Shown: positions 27,727 to 41,063, counted from the stretch's first letter. The stretch: 64,000 bases of DNA from Vicugna vicugna (GCA_013265495.1 MU061579.1:4302327-4366326); one strand, 5' to 3'. Numbers and translations: made by a program. The notes: a model not told the origin generated them from the letters alone.

Positions 27727-29160
27727 GAAATAGGTGAGAGAGAGCTATAAAAGTAACTCCTCAAATTTGTGACATTGGCTTTATAATAGAGGATAGCAAA
27801 GAAACATACTGGAGGCTGACGAGGTGGAAAACCATTATACAACACTTATTAAAACTGTTACGTGCTATGACTTGGAAGATAATACATAGAGCTTATAGCT
27901 CTAAGAGGCATAGTTGGTATCATAATACAGATTGGGTTTTTCTATTACTTTATACATATATATATATATTATTGAAGTATAGTCAGTTTATAATGTTGTG
28001 TCAATTTATGGTGTATGGCATAATGCTTCAGTCATACATGAAGGTACATATATATGTTTTCATATTCTTTTTCACTGTGAATTACTACAAGATATTGAAT
28101 ATAGCTCCCTGTGCTATACAGTATGAACTTGTTTATCATATTCATATGTGTGTGTGTATTTATGTGTGTTTGTGTTAGTATTAGTTAGTATCTGCAAATC
28201 TCAAACTCCCAATTTATCCCTTCCCATTCCCTTCCACTCAGCAAACATAAGTTTGTTTTCTATGTCTGTGAGTCTGTTTCTGTTTTGTAAATAAGTTAAT
28301 TTGTCTTTTTTTTAGATTCCACCTATAAGTGATATCGTGTGGTATTTTTCTTTCTCTTTCTGGCTTACTTAACTTAGAATGACAGTCTCCAGGTCCATCC
28401 ATGTTGCTGCAAATGGCATTATTTTATTATGTTTTTATGATTGAGTGGTATTCCGTTGTATAAATATACCACAACTTCTTTATTCAGTCACCTGTTGATG
28501 GACATTTAGGTTGTTTCCATGCCTTGGCTGTTGTAAATAGTGCTGCTATGAACATTGGGGTGTATGCATCTTTTTGAATTAAGTTTCCCTCTGGATATAT
28601 GCCCAGGAGTGGGATTGATGGATCATACACTAAGTCTATTTTTAGTCTTTTGAGGAATCTCCATACTGGTTTCCATAATGGCTGCACCAACACATTCCCA
28701 CCAGCAGTGTAGGAGGGTTCCCTTTTCTCAACATCCTCTCCAGAATTTATCATTTGTGGACTTTTTAATAATGGCCATTCTGACTGGTATGAAGTGATAC
28801 CTCATTGTAGCTTTGATTTGCATTTGTCTGATAATTAGCAATACTGAGCATTTTTTCATGTGCCTATTGGCCATTTGTATGTCTTCACTGGAGAATTCCT
28901 TAACATATTTTACAGGAAATCCATGTGCACAGACTGGAATTGGACAATTTACAAAGAGAAAAAAATTGGATATAAAGAATTCATAAATTATAGGATGTGA
29001 ACAGTTGGAAGAGGAAAAATACTATCACATGATAACTTAGGATTTTAAGCTAGAGGCAGTGACTGCATTGAACTTTGGATTGACACAACTGATATAAGGA
29101 TGTTTTTGATATATGAGAAGAGAAGTGAAATCAGTATTTGGTGGCTAGAAGAAAAACAAT
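27727..29160 (+). mobile_element. MLT1 internal sequence, interrupted by a younger L1
   Basis: Directly after the LTR: gaaataggtg...aaatttgtgacattggcttt...tactggaggctg...aaaactgttacgtgctatgacttggaagata. After the L1, the sequence ends ...ttttgatatatgagaagagaagtgaaatcagtatttggtggctagaag, resembling the MaLR internal 3' end. Confidence 0.55.
27968..28894 (-). mobile_element. 5'-truncated lineage-specific LINE-1 (ORF2 C-terminus plus 3' UTR)
   Basis: ORF 28484-28753 encodes [49 protein letters not shown]...WKQPKCP (L1 ORF2 C-terminal region); the 3' UTR matches 1-523. Confidence 0.95.
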
Positions 29161-29939
29161 GTTTCTTAGGACCTGGGGGAGCCATAATATGGAAGATATT
29201 TGAAATATTGCTCACTACTTGGAAGGTAGAAATACTCATTTTGAAATTAAATGATGATAATCTTTCAGGACTATTTTAAAAACTTCATTTGTTACAACAA
29301 CCAACAGTAACTAATACATTTATCCCTCCCTCTGACAGGAATCCTATTCTTTATTTTTGTTTGTTTGGTTTGTTTTTAAGACTAAATCATATTGAGAATT
29401 GAATTATTGGGAGTGGGAGGAAATACCCATTCCAACACACCTTTTCCTCTCTCTTCTGTTCCCTACCACTCGATAGTGGGAAAGAAGTAGAGGAGAGGGA
29501 GCCACTCTTCATCACTAACTGCCTACAGGGAAGTAGTTGTATTTCTTTGGCTCATCAAACTCTGCTGCCTCACTTCATTGTCTATGGGTTAAGTATAGAA
29601 ATGTTGTCCAGTAGTTGAGGAATTTCTAACAAATAACTTTCTAAGGCACTGGTACTTCTTTGTGAATTGGCCTCATCTTCTTTCTGATTTGCAACTAGCA
29701 CCAATATTCTGCATTTTTTAATGTGTGTTCTTCTTTGCCTTATGCATTGAAGGCCCTTGTAAGACTATGAAGAAAATAATAATAGAAGTATTAGTCATCA
29801 GGTAACCTATATTGAGAACTTGCTAAGCTCCAAGAAGTGTTCTAAGTTTTTAAAATGTGGAATAATATTTCATCATTATACCATTCCTATGAAATGATGA
29901 TCTTTCCCCATTTTATAGATAAGAAAACCAAAGTGTTTT

Positions 29940-30650
29940 CATAAAACTGATCAAGGAAAATAAAGAAACCTCTTTAAGACCCCAGTGTCAGACATAAAAT
30001 AGAAGGCACCATCTAAGATACTTTAGATGTTAAAAAGAAAATAATGGGGGTATTATTTTAAAATAATTTATAAATTTTAAAATAATTTATAAAATAATTT
30101 GTAATAAATTATAAATCTTTAAATGAAATGGACAAGTGGCACCTACCAAATCTGACAGAAATAGTTGCATGAAATTTCAACAAATATGGAGCTAATAAAG
30201 CAGTTCAACTTTTAATGAAAAACATTCCATGAAGAAAATCATAGCCAAAATGTCTCTATTGATCACTTTAACCAAACTTACAAAGGAAAAAAAAAAACCT
30301 GAATATTACATTAATACTTCCAGAGAGGGAAGAAAAGAGTGGATACACTGGATCTCATTTTGGGAGAGTACCATAATCTTTTTAGGAAGGAAATCTAACA
30401 ATAACAAAAATTTGACTTAATACCATTAAAAAAAATGCAAAATTCCTTTTAAAGTTAGCAAATCAAATCCAGAATGATGTAATTATAATAAAATAAGACA
30501 TTGTAGATTTAGAAGGGTCATGAATAAAATGGAATATGGGCATGCAAATAAGATTTGAAAAGCCAAATGATAATGTGTGAGTTTGGTTTAAAATCTGAAC
30601 ACCAAAGCAATTTGCACATTAACAAAATAAAGGAGATATATAATCAACTT
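29940..30650 (+). mobile_element. Ancient L1M ORF2 fragments (preceded by an antisense MIR at ~29790-29930)
   Basis: aaactgatcaaggaaaataaag...aaatgaaatggacaag...ttaaccaaacttacaaagg...ttagcaaatcaaatccag. Confidence 0.7.
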
Positions 30651-30736
30651 AGTATTTTAATGATTACATAATCATGTTCAATAAACATTTTTGAATGAAA
30701 GAATGATTGAATAAATGAACAAAATGGGGATAGTCT

Positions 30737-31103
30737 GATGCCTTATATTTTGTGTGCTGCTATAACAAAATACCATAGACTAGGTGACTACAAGCAACAA
30801 ACACTTCTTTCTCATAGTTCTGTAATCAGGGAAGTCCAAGATCAAGGCACCAACGGATTCGCTAGCTGGTGAGGGCGCATTTCCTTGTTTATAGACCACT
30901 ATCTTCTCATTGTCTCCTCACATGGCAGGAGGAGTGTGGGAGAACTCCCCAGTCTCCTTTATAAGGGCCCTAATCCCATCATGAGGTCTTCACCCTCCTA
31001 ACCTATCTACCTGCCAAAGGCCCCATCTCCAAATATCATCACATCGGAGAATAGAGTTTTCTACAGATGAATTTTGGGGAACACAAACATTTAGGCCTTA
31101 GCA
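30737..31103 (-). mobile_element. MLT1A0-like solo MaLR LTR
   Basis: gctgctataacaaaataccatagactaggtgac...gggaagtccaagatcaaggcacc...cctcacatggcagga...tataagggccctaatcccatcatgagg...gaattttggggaacacaaacatttaggccttagca. Confidence 0.9.
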
Positions 31104-31229
31104 ATTGGTAATCAGAAAAGAAACCAGACTAAACTAAACAGACTCAGGTTTACAAATTCATTTAAAGCAATGCTAAAATCCATGACACTACTGTTCAGAA
31201 AGGTAGACTTACAGTTTTAGAAATCCTTT

Positions 31230-31720
31230 CTTTTGCAGCGACCCCAGGGTACTCAGTGCATTTTGCCCTGCATGTTCAGCGACAAACAGGTGGGATTTCA
31301 CGATTAAGGTACAACAGAATTCACTTTTATCTTCTCTGCCGTATGTCCTGGCAGGCATAGTGCGTGCAAATAGGACTCAGCATCCTCATCCAGTGGTTTC
31401 CGGGGCGGGTATAGTTTTACTGCTTACTAAACTTGCTTTACGCTGCTTGTAGAGTAAGCGCAAACGCATTTGATTGCCCCGTCCAAGAAATCAAAGTGAC
31501 AGATGAAGAGATTTCAGTATGAACCACGGTACCAATCAAGGCGAACAGAATGCTTGCAAGAGGTGCGTAAGTAATAACAACATTTCATTTTGATAATGTT
31601 GGTCTAGAGCGAAGGACAAAGGCCTGTGTTCATTCCAGGAAATGGAGTTAGGAAGAAGAGTCCAGTTAAATGCTGCTTCTCGGAAATAGGGGTCAGCAAT
31701 TCCTAGTCTCCGGGGCTAGT
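31230..31720. promoter_or_regulatory. CpG-retaining, non-repeat promoter/enhancer-like segment
   Basis: About 17 CpGs by hand count in ~480 bp, against strong depletion elsewhere. GC box GGGGCGGG at 31402-31409, CCAATCA at ~31532, donor-like GAG/GTGCGT and GC/GTAAGT at ~31563-31572. Confidence 0.5.
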
Positions 31721-32189
31721 TTTCTAGCCCACCATGACACTGGGGTTTTCTGGCAGCCTTAAATAAGGGAATTTTTCTTATTAAGAGTTGTGTGACAGTT
31801 TCTTTTTAATCATACTGTACATATTTCTAAAATCTTTCTTATATAAAAGTAAGTCTATTTTTAAAGGGCAAGTAGGAATATTCAGGAAGATTATTTATTT
31901 GAAGAAGACGTTGTTGGGATTTTTCAAAAGATAAAATCTCCTTGTCTGTAAGTGCTCATGCTGTAAAAGCGTCAATTTGTTTTGCCCTTGGAGATTTGGG
32001 GATATGGTGTGCATTAGAGGATGATAAAGGAAAATACTAGTCAGTGTGACACCAGGATAAAAATAGGAACCAGATTTAGGTTTAAGTACTGGCTTGCTAT
32101 TAACTAGTTTATTATCCTTAACTAGTTCTTTATCTGTTGTGGACAACTAATTGATTCAATCTACTCATGTAGTCACTGAAAATGTATGT

Positions 32190-32705
32190 GATCCTGTTAA
32201 TCAAGTCATGTCACCCCTGCTCGATTCTCTCGAATCCACCTGCTCTCCTCTTGCAAACTCTGCTGCAGCCTCAGTGGCCTCACTGCTAATCTAGGTTACA
32301 CCAGACATATCCACAGCCATGGCCATTGATTGCACACAGTTGCTCTACTCAGTGTGTCTGGAATACTCCACCCTTCCCCACCACAAATGTTTTCTTGACT
32401 TGTTCACTCCTCTTTTTTAGATCTTTACTCAAACATCACTTTCTCAGGGAGGCCTTACTTATGACCCTAATTTTAATTGAACTCCTCTTCTTCCAACACT
32501 CCTTATGCTCCTTCCTGTGTGTGTTTCTCCTTAGTATTTCTTATTATTTAATATGTTCTTTCATTCTTCCTGCCTACCTGTCCCCAAGAACTTAAGGTCC
32601 ATGATGCTAGACTATTTTTTTCTGTTTTATTGACTGTTGGATCCCCCAAATATGGTGCAGTTCCTGGCACAGAGTAGACATTCACTAGATATTTGTTGAA
32701 CACAT
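32190..32705 (+). mobile_element. L2 3' portion
   Basis: agatctttactcaaacatcactttctcagggaggccttacttatgaccc...aaggtccatgatg...gttcctggcacagagtagacattcactagatatttgttgaa. Confidence 0.85.
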
Positions 32706-33169
32706 GAAATTCCTGTGTACCCACAACATGTTAGGTCTGATTACAGTTAATGAGCATCAGCAAATCATCACTAGAAAAGTGTATATTTATATATATTTTT
32801 TTCTACTGCCAGCATGATGAAGAAGGATGACCTAACATAGTCTCTTGAGGTAGCCCAGTGAAATGCTTGATGGAGCTGCTAGGTGGAAATCTAGCTTCAT
32901 ATTTTGTATAAATAAATAAAACTGAACCTAAATCCATCTATATCTATTTTTTCTAAAATTTAGGGCCACTGAAGATAAGTACATATCAACAGATTCATAT
33001 GACCTCAACTTCTTCAGTTGACAGTCATCTGTGCCTAGATTCCAGGATGGGGAGAGAATTCTTTAAGTTGGAGAGGTGGGAGAGAATGATAGGTGTTATG
33101 GAAGCCTGCCGACTGAACTGCCCTCTCTTACCTTATATTGCTAGGGAAGGCTGAGGCACACTTGGTGTA

Positions 33170-33600
33170 AAAGTTAAAATATTGGCTGTCCAAGACAGAG
33201 AAAACATAAACAAACACATGCTGAATAAACATGGTAAATGCAGGTTTATATGTTCTATGAAGATGATAAATCCAGGGTAATCGGAGAGTAAAGGAGAGAA
33301 TATTTTAGGTATACACTAAGATCCTTTTTAGCTATAGTCTTATGCTCTTCATGTGGAATAGAAAAGAGGTCCATTTGGCTTTAACACAAGATAAAGGGGA
33401 TGAGTCACAGGAGAGAAGTCAGGTTAAAGAGAATTAGAATTTATAGCCACTCATAGCTTTATTATGAGTCATTGTAAAGTTTCGTGCAACAGAATGTTTT
33501 CCTCAATTTTATAGGAACCGCTTGGGCTGCTGAGAATACACTGCAGAGAGGTCAATACAGAAGTACCTCTCAGGGGCTATGATCAGAGTAAATCTGACCC
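33170..33600 (-). mobile_element. L2 remnant
   Basis: Purine-rich antisense L2 motifs (tgttctatgaagatgataaatccagggtaa; gagtcattgtaaagttt; ttataggaaccgcttgggctgctg). Confidence 0.5.
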
Positions 33601-34442
33601 AGGTTACTGCCTTTCTAAGATTTCTAAATTCTTTACAATAGGTGTTATTTTTGTCATAAGAAACAAGTAATTTATTGAAAAAAATATATTTTAATATTTA
33701 GCTGTTCCTACCACCAAGATGTCACGTCTGTCTCATGCTTTTATTGCCTTGAACTTGGTTTACACTGAGAAAAAGCAATCTATTTATTGGTGAACTAAAC
33801 CATGCATTGACTAACAGGGTGTCTTCTATACAATGTTCTGATCAAATACTATAAAAACAAGAAATACTAACTTCCATAAAATATTTGTTTATTTGAAGTC
33901 ATTTAACCTTGGTGTTTTTCCTTGAAAAGCTTTATAAATATTTAAGTGAGTCTAACTTGCTTAGAAAGCTCTGGCTGCAGCTAGTATTTAAAATTAGAAC
34001 ACTGTCACAGAAGACCCATTAACACCATTTAAATTTGGTAAGAAATGGACCCTAGACTATGCAGAAGTCAAAAAAACTGACCACCAAGATTAATGATCTG
34101 GCATTATGAGCATCGTGAGAACACTGATGGAAGGAAAAGACTGTGTTCTTTAGACATTTTGAAAGAAAATACCTTTAAGTATATTGCAGAGTTTCAGGGT
34201 ATCTTGATTATTGTTTTGGTTTTGTATGTTTTTCATTTTTAATAATTTACAGATGAGAATGTAATAGTTTAATCATTTACTGATAGGAGGAATGGGTTTC
34301 CAATTACATTTCTATTTTTATTAGCTATGAGTTTTTGAACAGATTATGTGTGGTCTCCTATTTTCACAGTCCTCATTCATTAAATGAGTAAATAATAGTT
34401 CTTAGCTCTATCTCATATATGTTTTTCTTTTTATTCAAACAT

Positions 34443-34575
34443 CTTTATTGTGGTACAATTCCTGTACAGTAAACTATACCTATTTAAGACATACAATTTG
34501 ATGAATTTTGACAGATCTATACACCAGTGAAATCACCACCACAATCAAGATAGCTAACATTTCCATCTCTCCCCA
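34443..34575 (-). mobile_element. Old L1MB/MC-type extreme 3' end
   Basis: ctttattgtggtacaatt...gatgaattttgacagatctatacaccagtgaaatcaccaccacaatcaagatagctaacatttccatc; homologous to ~48030-48160. Confidence 0.8.
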
Positions 34576-34589
34576 GGAGGTGCAATATT

Positions 34590-35453
34590 TTGAATTTCTA
34601 CTTTATCCTTTCCCACCCCTCTTACCCCCTGGTAAACATAAGTTTGTTCTCTATGTCTCTGAGTCTGTTTCTGTTTTGTAGATAAGTTCATTTGTGTCCT
34701 TTTCTTTAGATTCCACATATAAGTGATACCATATGGTATTTTTTTTTCTCTTTCTGGCTTACTTCACTTAGAATGACAGTCACCAGATCCATGCTGCAAA
34801 TGGCATTATTTTATTATTTTTTATGGCTGAGTAGTATTCCACTGTGTGTGTGTGTATACATACATACATACATACATACATACATACATACATACATACA
34901 TACCACATCTTCTTTATCTGGTAATCTGTTGATGGACATTTGGGTTGTTTCTGTCCTGGCTATTGTAATTAGTGCTGTTGTGAACACTGGGGTGCATGTG
35001 TCTTTTTGAATTATATTTTCCTCTGGATATATGCCCAAGAGTGGGATTGCTGGATCATATGATAAGTTTATTTTTAGTTTTTTAAGGAACCTCCATATTG
35101 TTCTTCATAGTACCTTCACCAATTTACATTCCCACCAGCAGTGCAGGAAGGTTCCTTTTTCTCCACACCCTCTCCAGTGTTTATCTTTTGTGGACTTTTT
35201 AATGATGGCCATTCTGATTGGTGTGAGGTGATACCTCACTGTAGTTTTGATTTGCATTTCTCTAACAATTAGTGATATTGAGCATCTTTTCCTGTTGGCC
35301 ATCTGGATGTCTTCTTTGGAGAGATGTCTATTTAGGTCTTCTGCCTATTTTTTTGACTGGGTTGCTTTTTTATTATGTTAAGCTGTATGAGCTGTTTGAA
35401 TATTTTGGAAATTAGTCCCTTATCAATGGCATCATTTGCAAATATTTTCTCCT
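34590..35453 (-). mobile_element. Lineage-specific LINE-1 fragment (ORF2 C-terminus plus partial 3' UTR) containing a (TG)6(TACA)11 microsatellite
   Basis: ORFs 35105-35302 ([24 protein letters not shown]...[20 protein letters not shown]) and 34814-35038 ([18 protein letters not shown]) are L1 ORF2; collinear with 28200-28894. Confidence 0.95.
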
Positions 35454-37839
35454 AATGTCCATGAAATGTGCTAATTCTTGTATAGTTATTTGCATTACAT
35501 CTGGAATAAAGTGGTTTTATTACTACTATTATATTATTATTATCATCATCATCATCATCATTATTATTATTTCCTATTTCCTGTAGTTTTCCTGTATTGG
35601 AAAAACAAATGTACTATTTGAGACCTCTGTAAATAGACTAGGAATCAATAGTGAAGTAGTTTTCAGGCTCAGAGAAACCAAAAAGACCGATCGTTTTCTT
35701 CTCTTTGAAAAAAAAAAAGTCTTTAATGTTGAAATATATGTTAAATATATATCGATACCAAAGTTTCAAATAAGACTTACTGAATATAAGGACAAGATCT
35801 TTCTAAACTACAAAGTTCTTTGTAAATATGAGAGATCAATACTGATGTTACCAGGCTCTTGTACAAGCATTGCAGTTAGTATTCAAGTTAGCAGACATCT
35901 TCTGCAGTATAATAAAGGGCTTTAGAAGTTAGTTTCCTCCCCTGAAAAGCATATATTTTATTTCCTAGGAGTAATTTATAAACTTGCAAAAACAACTTGA
36001 ATTTGTATTATCAATCATTTTTAGAGAAAGATCCATTTTAAGAGAGCTTTTTAATATAATAATCTCACAATGTATGGCTAACTTGAAATGGTATTTCATC
36101 TAATTATGAGTTCATATTTTAATTTTATTAAATTTTGTATTGCCTACAATTTTTATTTTTTTCTAAATATACCTTTTCATGAACAAACATCTGCACATAG
36201 TTAGAAATCAGTTTTAACTTAGAATTCATGGTGGAGGAATATATTGGAGGAAAAAATGTGAGAGTCTACTTGCCAACTCAAAGTAATATGAACATTGGTG
36301 CAGTGAATATAAATTAACTCTCCAGGGAAGGTTTTCTGACAGTAGTGCTTATATGACTCATACTATCTCTTGATCCATGAAATGTATTGCACACCATCAA
36401 TTTGCTACTTGAGTTGTCCTAAGGGGGAAAGGTTGTCATTCACTCACCGAAGTAAATTAAGGGCATGATAAATCATTTTATTGGCTGCATTATCAATATT
36501 TCATTATTCATGCAAATAGGAACATAGTTGTATACCATTTTTACGATAAAATACTGTTTAATATTTATATGGTCCATTTTACTAAAGATCTTAAAAAGAC
36601 TTAGGAGATCCTATATCTTTGTCATATTTTGCACTTAAAATTGTGATGGGTAACTGAGATTTAATTATCTTTGTAACTGGCGCTGGTCAGACCTTGCAAG
36701 AGAAGCAAATCTATTTTAGTCTACTCTGCCTTCTTCTGCAATGTCATGAGTTGTTCATGATTCTGGTCTCTCAGACTAAGGCTAATAAAAATACAAAATG
36801 ACCGCGTAGAATCATACTCGACAGTTTATGAAGTACTTTCACATCTGTTTGGAGTAGCTCTGACTTTTCAGCCTGGCCTTCATCATGAATTGACCCTGAA
36901 TGCAAGTTGCCAGGGAAGAGAGCAAGCAGTTCACCCAATTTTCCTCAGACTGTGTTGAAAGTTACCATAGAAAAATGAACTGAGTACACATAAAACATTT
37001 TGAATCACCTAGACTTCAGAATCTATTCATCAATGGACTCTAGCAGGTTATATGTAGGAAAAAACTGAATGTAATTATTTTTAGTAACTTAAATTAAATT
37101 TTGATTTGGCTGTATTTACAGCAGAACTCTTTTAAAAATTATTTTTTAAAAAAAGAAAGAAAACAGAACTTTTGCCAACTTGAATTCTTAAGGAACAGTA
37201 GTATTCCTTGAGCTGATTGGAAAGACTAAGGAAATGAGATAATGTGTGAAATTATCCAGATATCTGGATCAGGTTTCGTTAGAACGCTGTTCATATTTCT
37301 ATCATTGCCCTCCTGCAATTTTATTGTAAGTGCAAATTTACTTTCTTCTATAGATTATGTTATATGGCTATTTAATTATATGGCCAACATGTTATTCTTT
37401 GTGTTCCTAGAACAATAGAATTTAAATGATTCATTCACTCGTTTTCTCCCTAACTCCTTCATTCAACAAATACTTGAACATCTGCTATATGTATGAAAAG
37501 GCAAATCTTATAGTGTTAGCATTAACTAAATTTGGATTCAAACTCTAACTCTATAACATAGTCATTTTTGTGACCTTTGGAATATTACATTATCTCAGTA
37601 AAACTTAGTTTTGAATATATAAAACAAATCACATTCTAACAAATAGTATGTATGACTCAACAATTGCAAACTAAGTACAGCTAAAATTATGGGTTAAACA
37701 GTGTAAGTTTGTAGCAATAAAAATCAAATGAGAATTAAAATTAACAAATTGAGGCAATGATCTATCAATCAGTTTTAGTTAAATTAACAGTCCTGAAATC
37801 GCATAGAATTATAGCCCTGAAAATTTAATTAACTCATAT

Positions 37840-38100
37840 TATGTGTCACTGTGGGAAAGCTGTGGTTTTGCTCCATGTACCTATCCTTCACTCCAGAATC
37901 TAGGTTAATGGAGTAAACCCTATCTGAAATATTACCAGCTATAATGCATAAGGGGAAAAAACAAATAGGGATAAAAATCAACAGTAGTACTCAAATCTGC
38001 TATTTGCTATTTCATTCGTATTTCATTTACCAAAACAAGTTAAAATGAGTCTGATTTCAATAAGGCATTGAAATGGGGGGAAATTACAGTCTCCTACAAG
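37840..38100 (-). mobile_element. Old MLT1 (K/L-like) LTR remnant
   Basis: ttgctccatgtacctatccttcactccagaatctaggttaatggagtaaaccctatctgaaatatt...atttcatttaccaaaacaagt resembles antisense old MLT1. Confidence 0.5.
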
Positions 38101-40544
38101 AGGTAAGTGATACATGGAAAAAGACAAATTCTAGGGAGCCATGATAGTCCAGGCAACCTCTGTGTGAGGTAATATTTATATTAAGTTGCTAAGACTAAAA
38201 GTTGTGTGGGGAATAGGGAGAATATCTACAAAGGAAATGATAGCTTGGGCCCTCCTGATGATAGGAATTTTTGATTGGATGGTACTAATTTACTGTGGCA
38301 GCAATCACCAATGGGAGCTGTCTGAGCTGCCTAACCTTGACAATTTGCTGAGTAACTGAAATTCAGCAAAGGCATACAGGAGCCTTCTGATTTGGGAAAA
38401 TCACATCCTGGTTTTAGTTTCACACACTGGCTATAGTAGAACTTGTCTCTACTACTAAATCCCTCCTCCATTCCTCTTTCCAGATATTATAGGCTCAGAA
38501 TGCTTTCAAATTTCATCTTTTTTTAATCTCTTCTTCTTATATTAGGGAGTCTCTAAATATTTTTCCAGTAGTTGCTCTTACAGCCCCAATTTATTCATCT
38601 TACCAGGAAGAGACATTCTTTGTGGCACAGGGACATAAAGATACCTGAGGGAGCTGGCCTTCAGATTCATACTTAAGTCTAGTGCTAGAGTATCTGGCCC
38701 TGCAAGAGTGACTTGTAAACCAATGTCATGGGGATAAAATTCTACTCAACTAAAGACGTTTGAGCCAGGAAAGAGCTCATAACAAACAGAGATTTAGGAA
38801 GATAGAATTAGCAATGATGTCTTAAAAGAACTGAGGTGGCAGTCTGGAGATTGTGATCTTAATGTTGCATATCTACGAGAGTTAGACTTGTTCTTTGACT
38901 TGGTTGTGGCAGCTAAAATTATGATCAAAAATTCTCAAGGGACTATATTTGCCAAGACTAATTTCTTTCCAGATCAATTGCTACCTGCCACTTTTTTATT
39001 TTTCAATCATCATGAGATTAATAGAGGACTGAAGATTTTAGAATGAGGTCAGGATCATATTGTTATATTATTATAATACCTAATTTATTCATAAATATTA
39101 TTACTATCATGTAAATTTATTTTAAATATATAAACTATAACTATCTTAAATAAGCAAATTAACAAATAAATCATTATTCATGAGAACTTTAGAAAAAGTT
39201 ATATAATTCAGAATAAAATATATATAAAAGATGAATGAAAAATATTAAACCACCTGCTATCAAAGATTTAAGTAGTATTTATGCTTTAAAACATAATTTA
39301 TGAGTTATATTTCATATAAACTTAAAAATGAGATGTTTTATAAAGTCAAATAATTATATAATTAACAGTATCATGCATAAAAACTCAGAGAAACAAAGTT
39401 TTTAATTATCTGAAATTTCAGGTATATGGAGCCTTTGTCATTCTATCAAAAGATTTACCTTAATTTTCTGTTCTCCTCATAGAGCTGTTCTATAGATAAA
39501 AACAAATCAGGAAATTCTACATCACACTTGGAGCACAAAAATGAAGACAATTATTTTCACTTCTTTTCTAAAATACTAAAGGAAGAATAATTATTTCCAT
39601 TGCCAAAAATGTCAGTAATGAAACTAAGCATATAATAGTATAAATTTGGAAAAATTCAATGACATAAATTTGTTACCCAGCCAAAAATTATATAGAATTG
39701 TAGTCAAACGTACTTATTTTGAAAAGAGTTCCGGAATGATGAATCTTAATAATATCAATCAGCATGCATTTTCAAAATACAAATCCAACTGCAAGTAAAA
39801 ATCATAACTTTTTTAAAAGACTGGAACTATTTCAATAGATACAAATTTGTTCATGAAAATTTAAACAGGATATTGTTTCAATGAAAAACTGATTTCCTAA
39901 GAAGCAGTAATAAGTATTCTCATAAAATTATGAACCGCTAACATCATTCCTGGTTTAATTTTTGAAATATGAATATGTTGATTAATTTTGTGAGACACCA
40001 AACTTGAATTAATCTTCTAAACATCAAGAGCTATGCTTAAAGGCCAATCCAGTAATATAGTTCAGCAAATGAAGCTTTGAATTTCAGATTTTGTGTGGAC
40101 ATTTCTCTTTTACTTCTGTGAATATTTTATTATCTACTTTATTATGTTAGATATTAGAAAATGTTTTATAATTTTGATTGGCTTGATATATTAATATTTT
40201 ATAACTTTGATATAATGGTAAAATTAGTTGTCCCTTAAAATGTTTTCCAAATACTCTCTTATATTTGATTAGTATGTTATGTATAATATCAATAAATCGG
40301 AAGAATTATGCTGAAATAAACTACTATTGTCATGAAGGTCATAGAATTCAACGTAGATAATGCTGTATTACAGACTTGGCCATCTGTTCTAAATTGTCCT
40401 AAGTGAAAGAAAGATTTTAAAAATGTAAATCCCTATCTATTTATCTGTCGATCTATCTGGCTGTCATTCATGCAGCCGACTTCTATTTCTGCTTCTGTTT
40501 AAGAAACCAGTGAAGTTGTACATATGATAATGTATGTTACTTAT

Positions 40545-40790
40545 AGTAAAGAGAAACCCGGGGTCAGAATGTCAAAATTTAAATCCCTCCTTAGCTTTTT
40601 GACAGCTGTAGGGTTTTGTACAGTCATTTCAATCACTCTCAGCTTTTGTTTGTTTTTTCAGTCTGTAAAATGAGAAAGATACTAAAGCCTTTATTACATT
40701 ACGATGGAAGATAGATGAGATAATGCATTTAAAATGTTTACACAATACATGCCATATTCCTACCATTCAGTAAATGGCAATTATTATAAA
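40545..40790 (+). mobile_element. MIR SINE
   Basis: ggggtcagaatgtcaaaatttaaatccc...gacagctgtagggttttgtacagtcatttcaatcactctcagc...ctgtaaaatgag...gagataatgcatttaaaatgttta. Confidence 0.75.
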
Positions 40791-41063
40791 TTAGCATGGT
40801 GGCTACCCTGAGAGCATAAGTAGGCCAATCAGGATTCAAAACTCAGCCTGCCTGGAGTTTCTAAACCCCATTATCTCTACACTATACGACCCTGCCTCTT
40901 GATCACAAATACCTCATCAATGAAAGCATTGTCTAAAAGAGATTTGCCAAAAGTGGTAATATTAAAATTGAAAATATAATTAACTAGGCCACAAAATTGA
41001 GCAGTTGTCTTCCTAGTAATGGAATTTGTTACCAAAAGCCCATTTAGTCTGTTTCCTTCGCAG

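Noticed and set aside
2895..36517. Several ATGCAAAT octamer motifs
   Set aside because: Dispersed, some inside L1, and the count is not clearly above AT-rich expectation.
37254..37269. Perfect 16-bp palindrome atccagatatctggat
   Set aside because: A rough estimate gives about one or two such palindromes by chance in 64 kb of AT-rich DNA.
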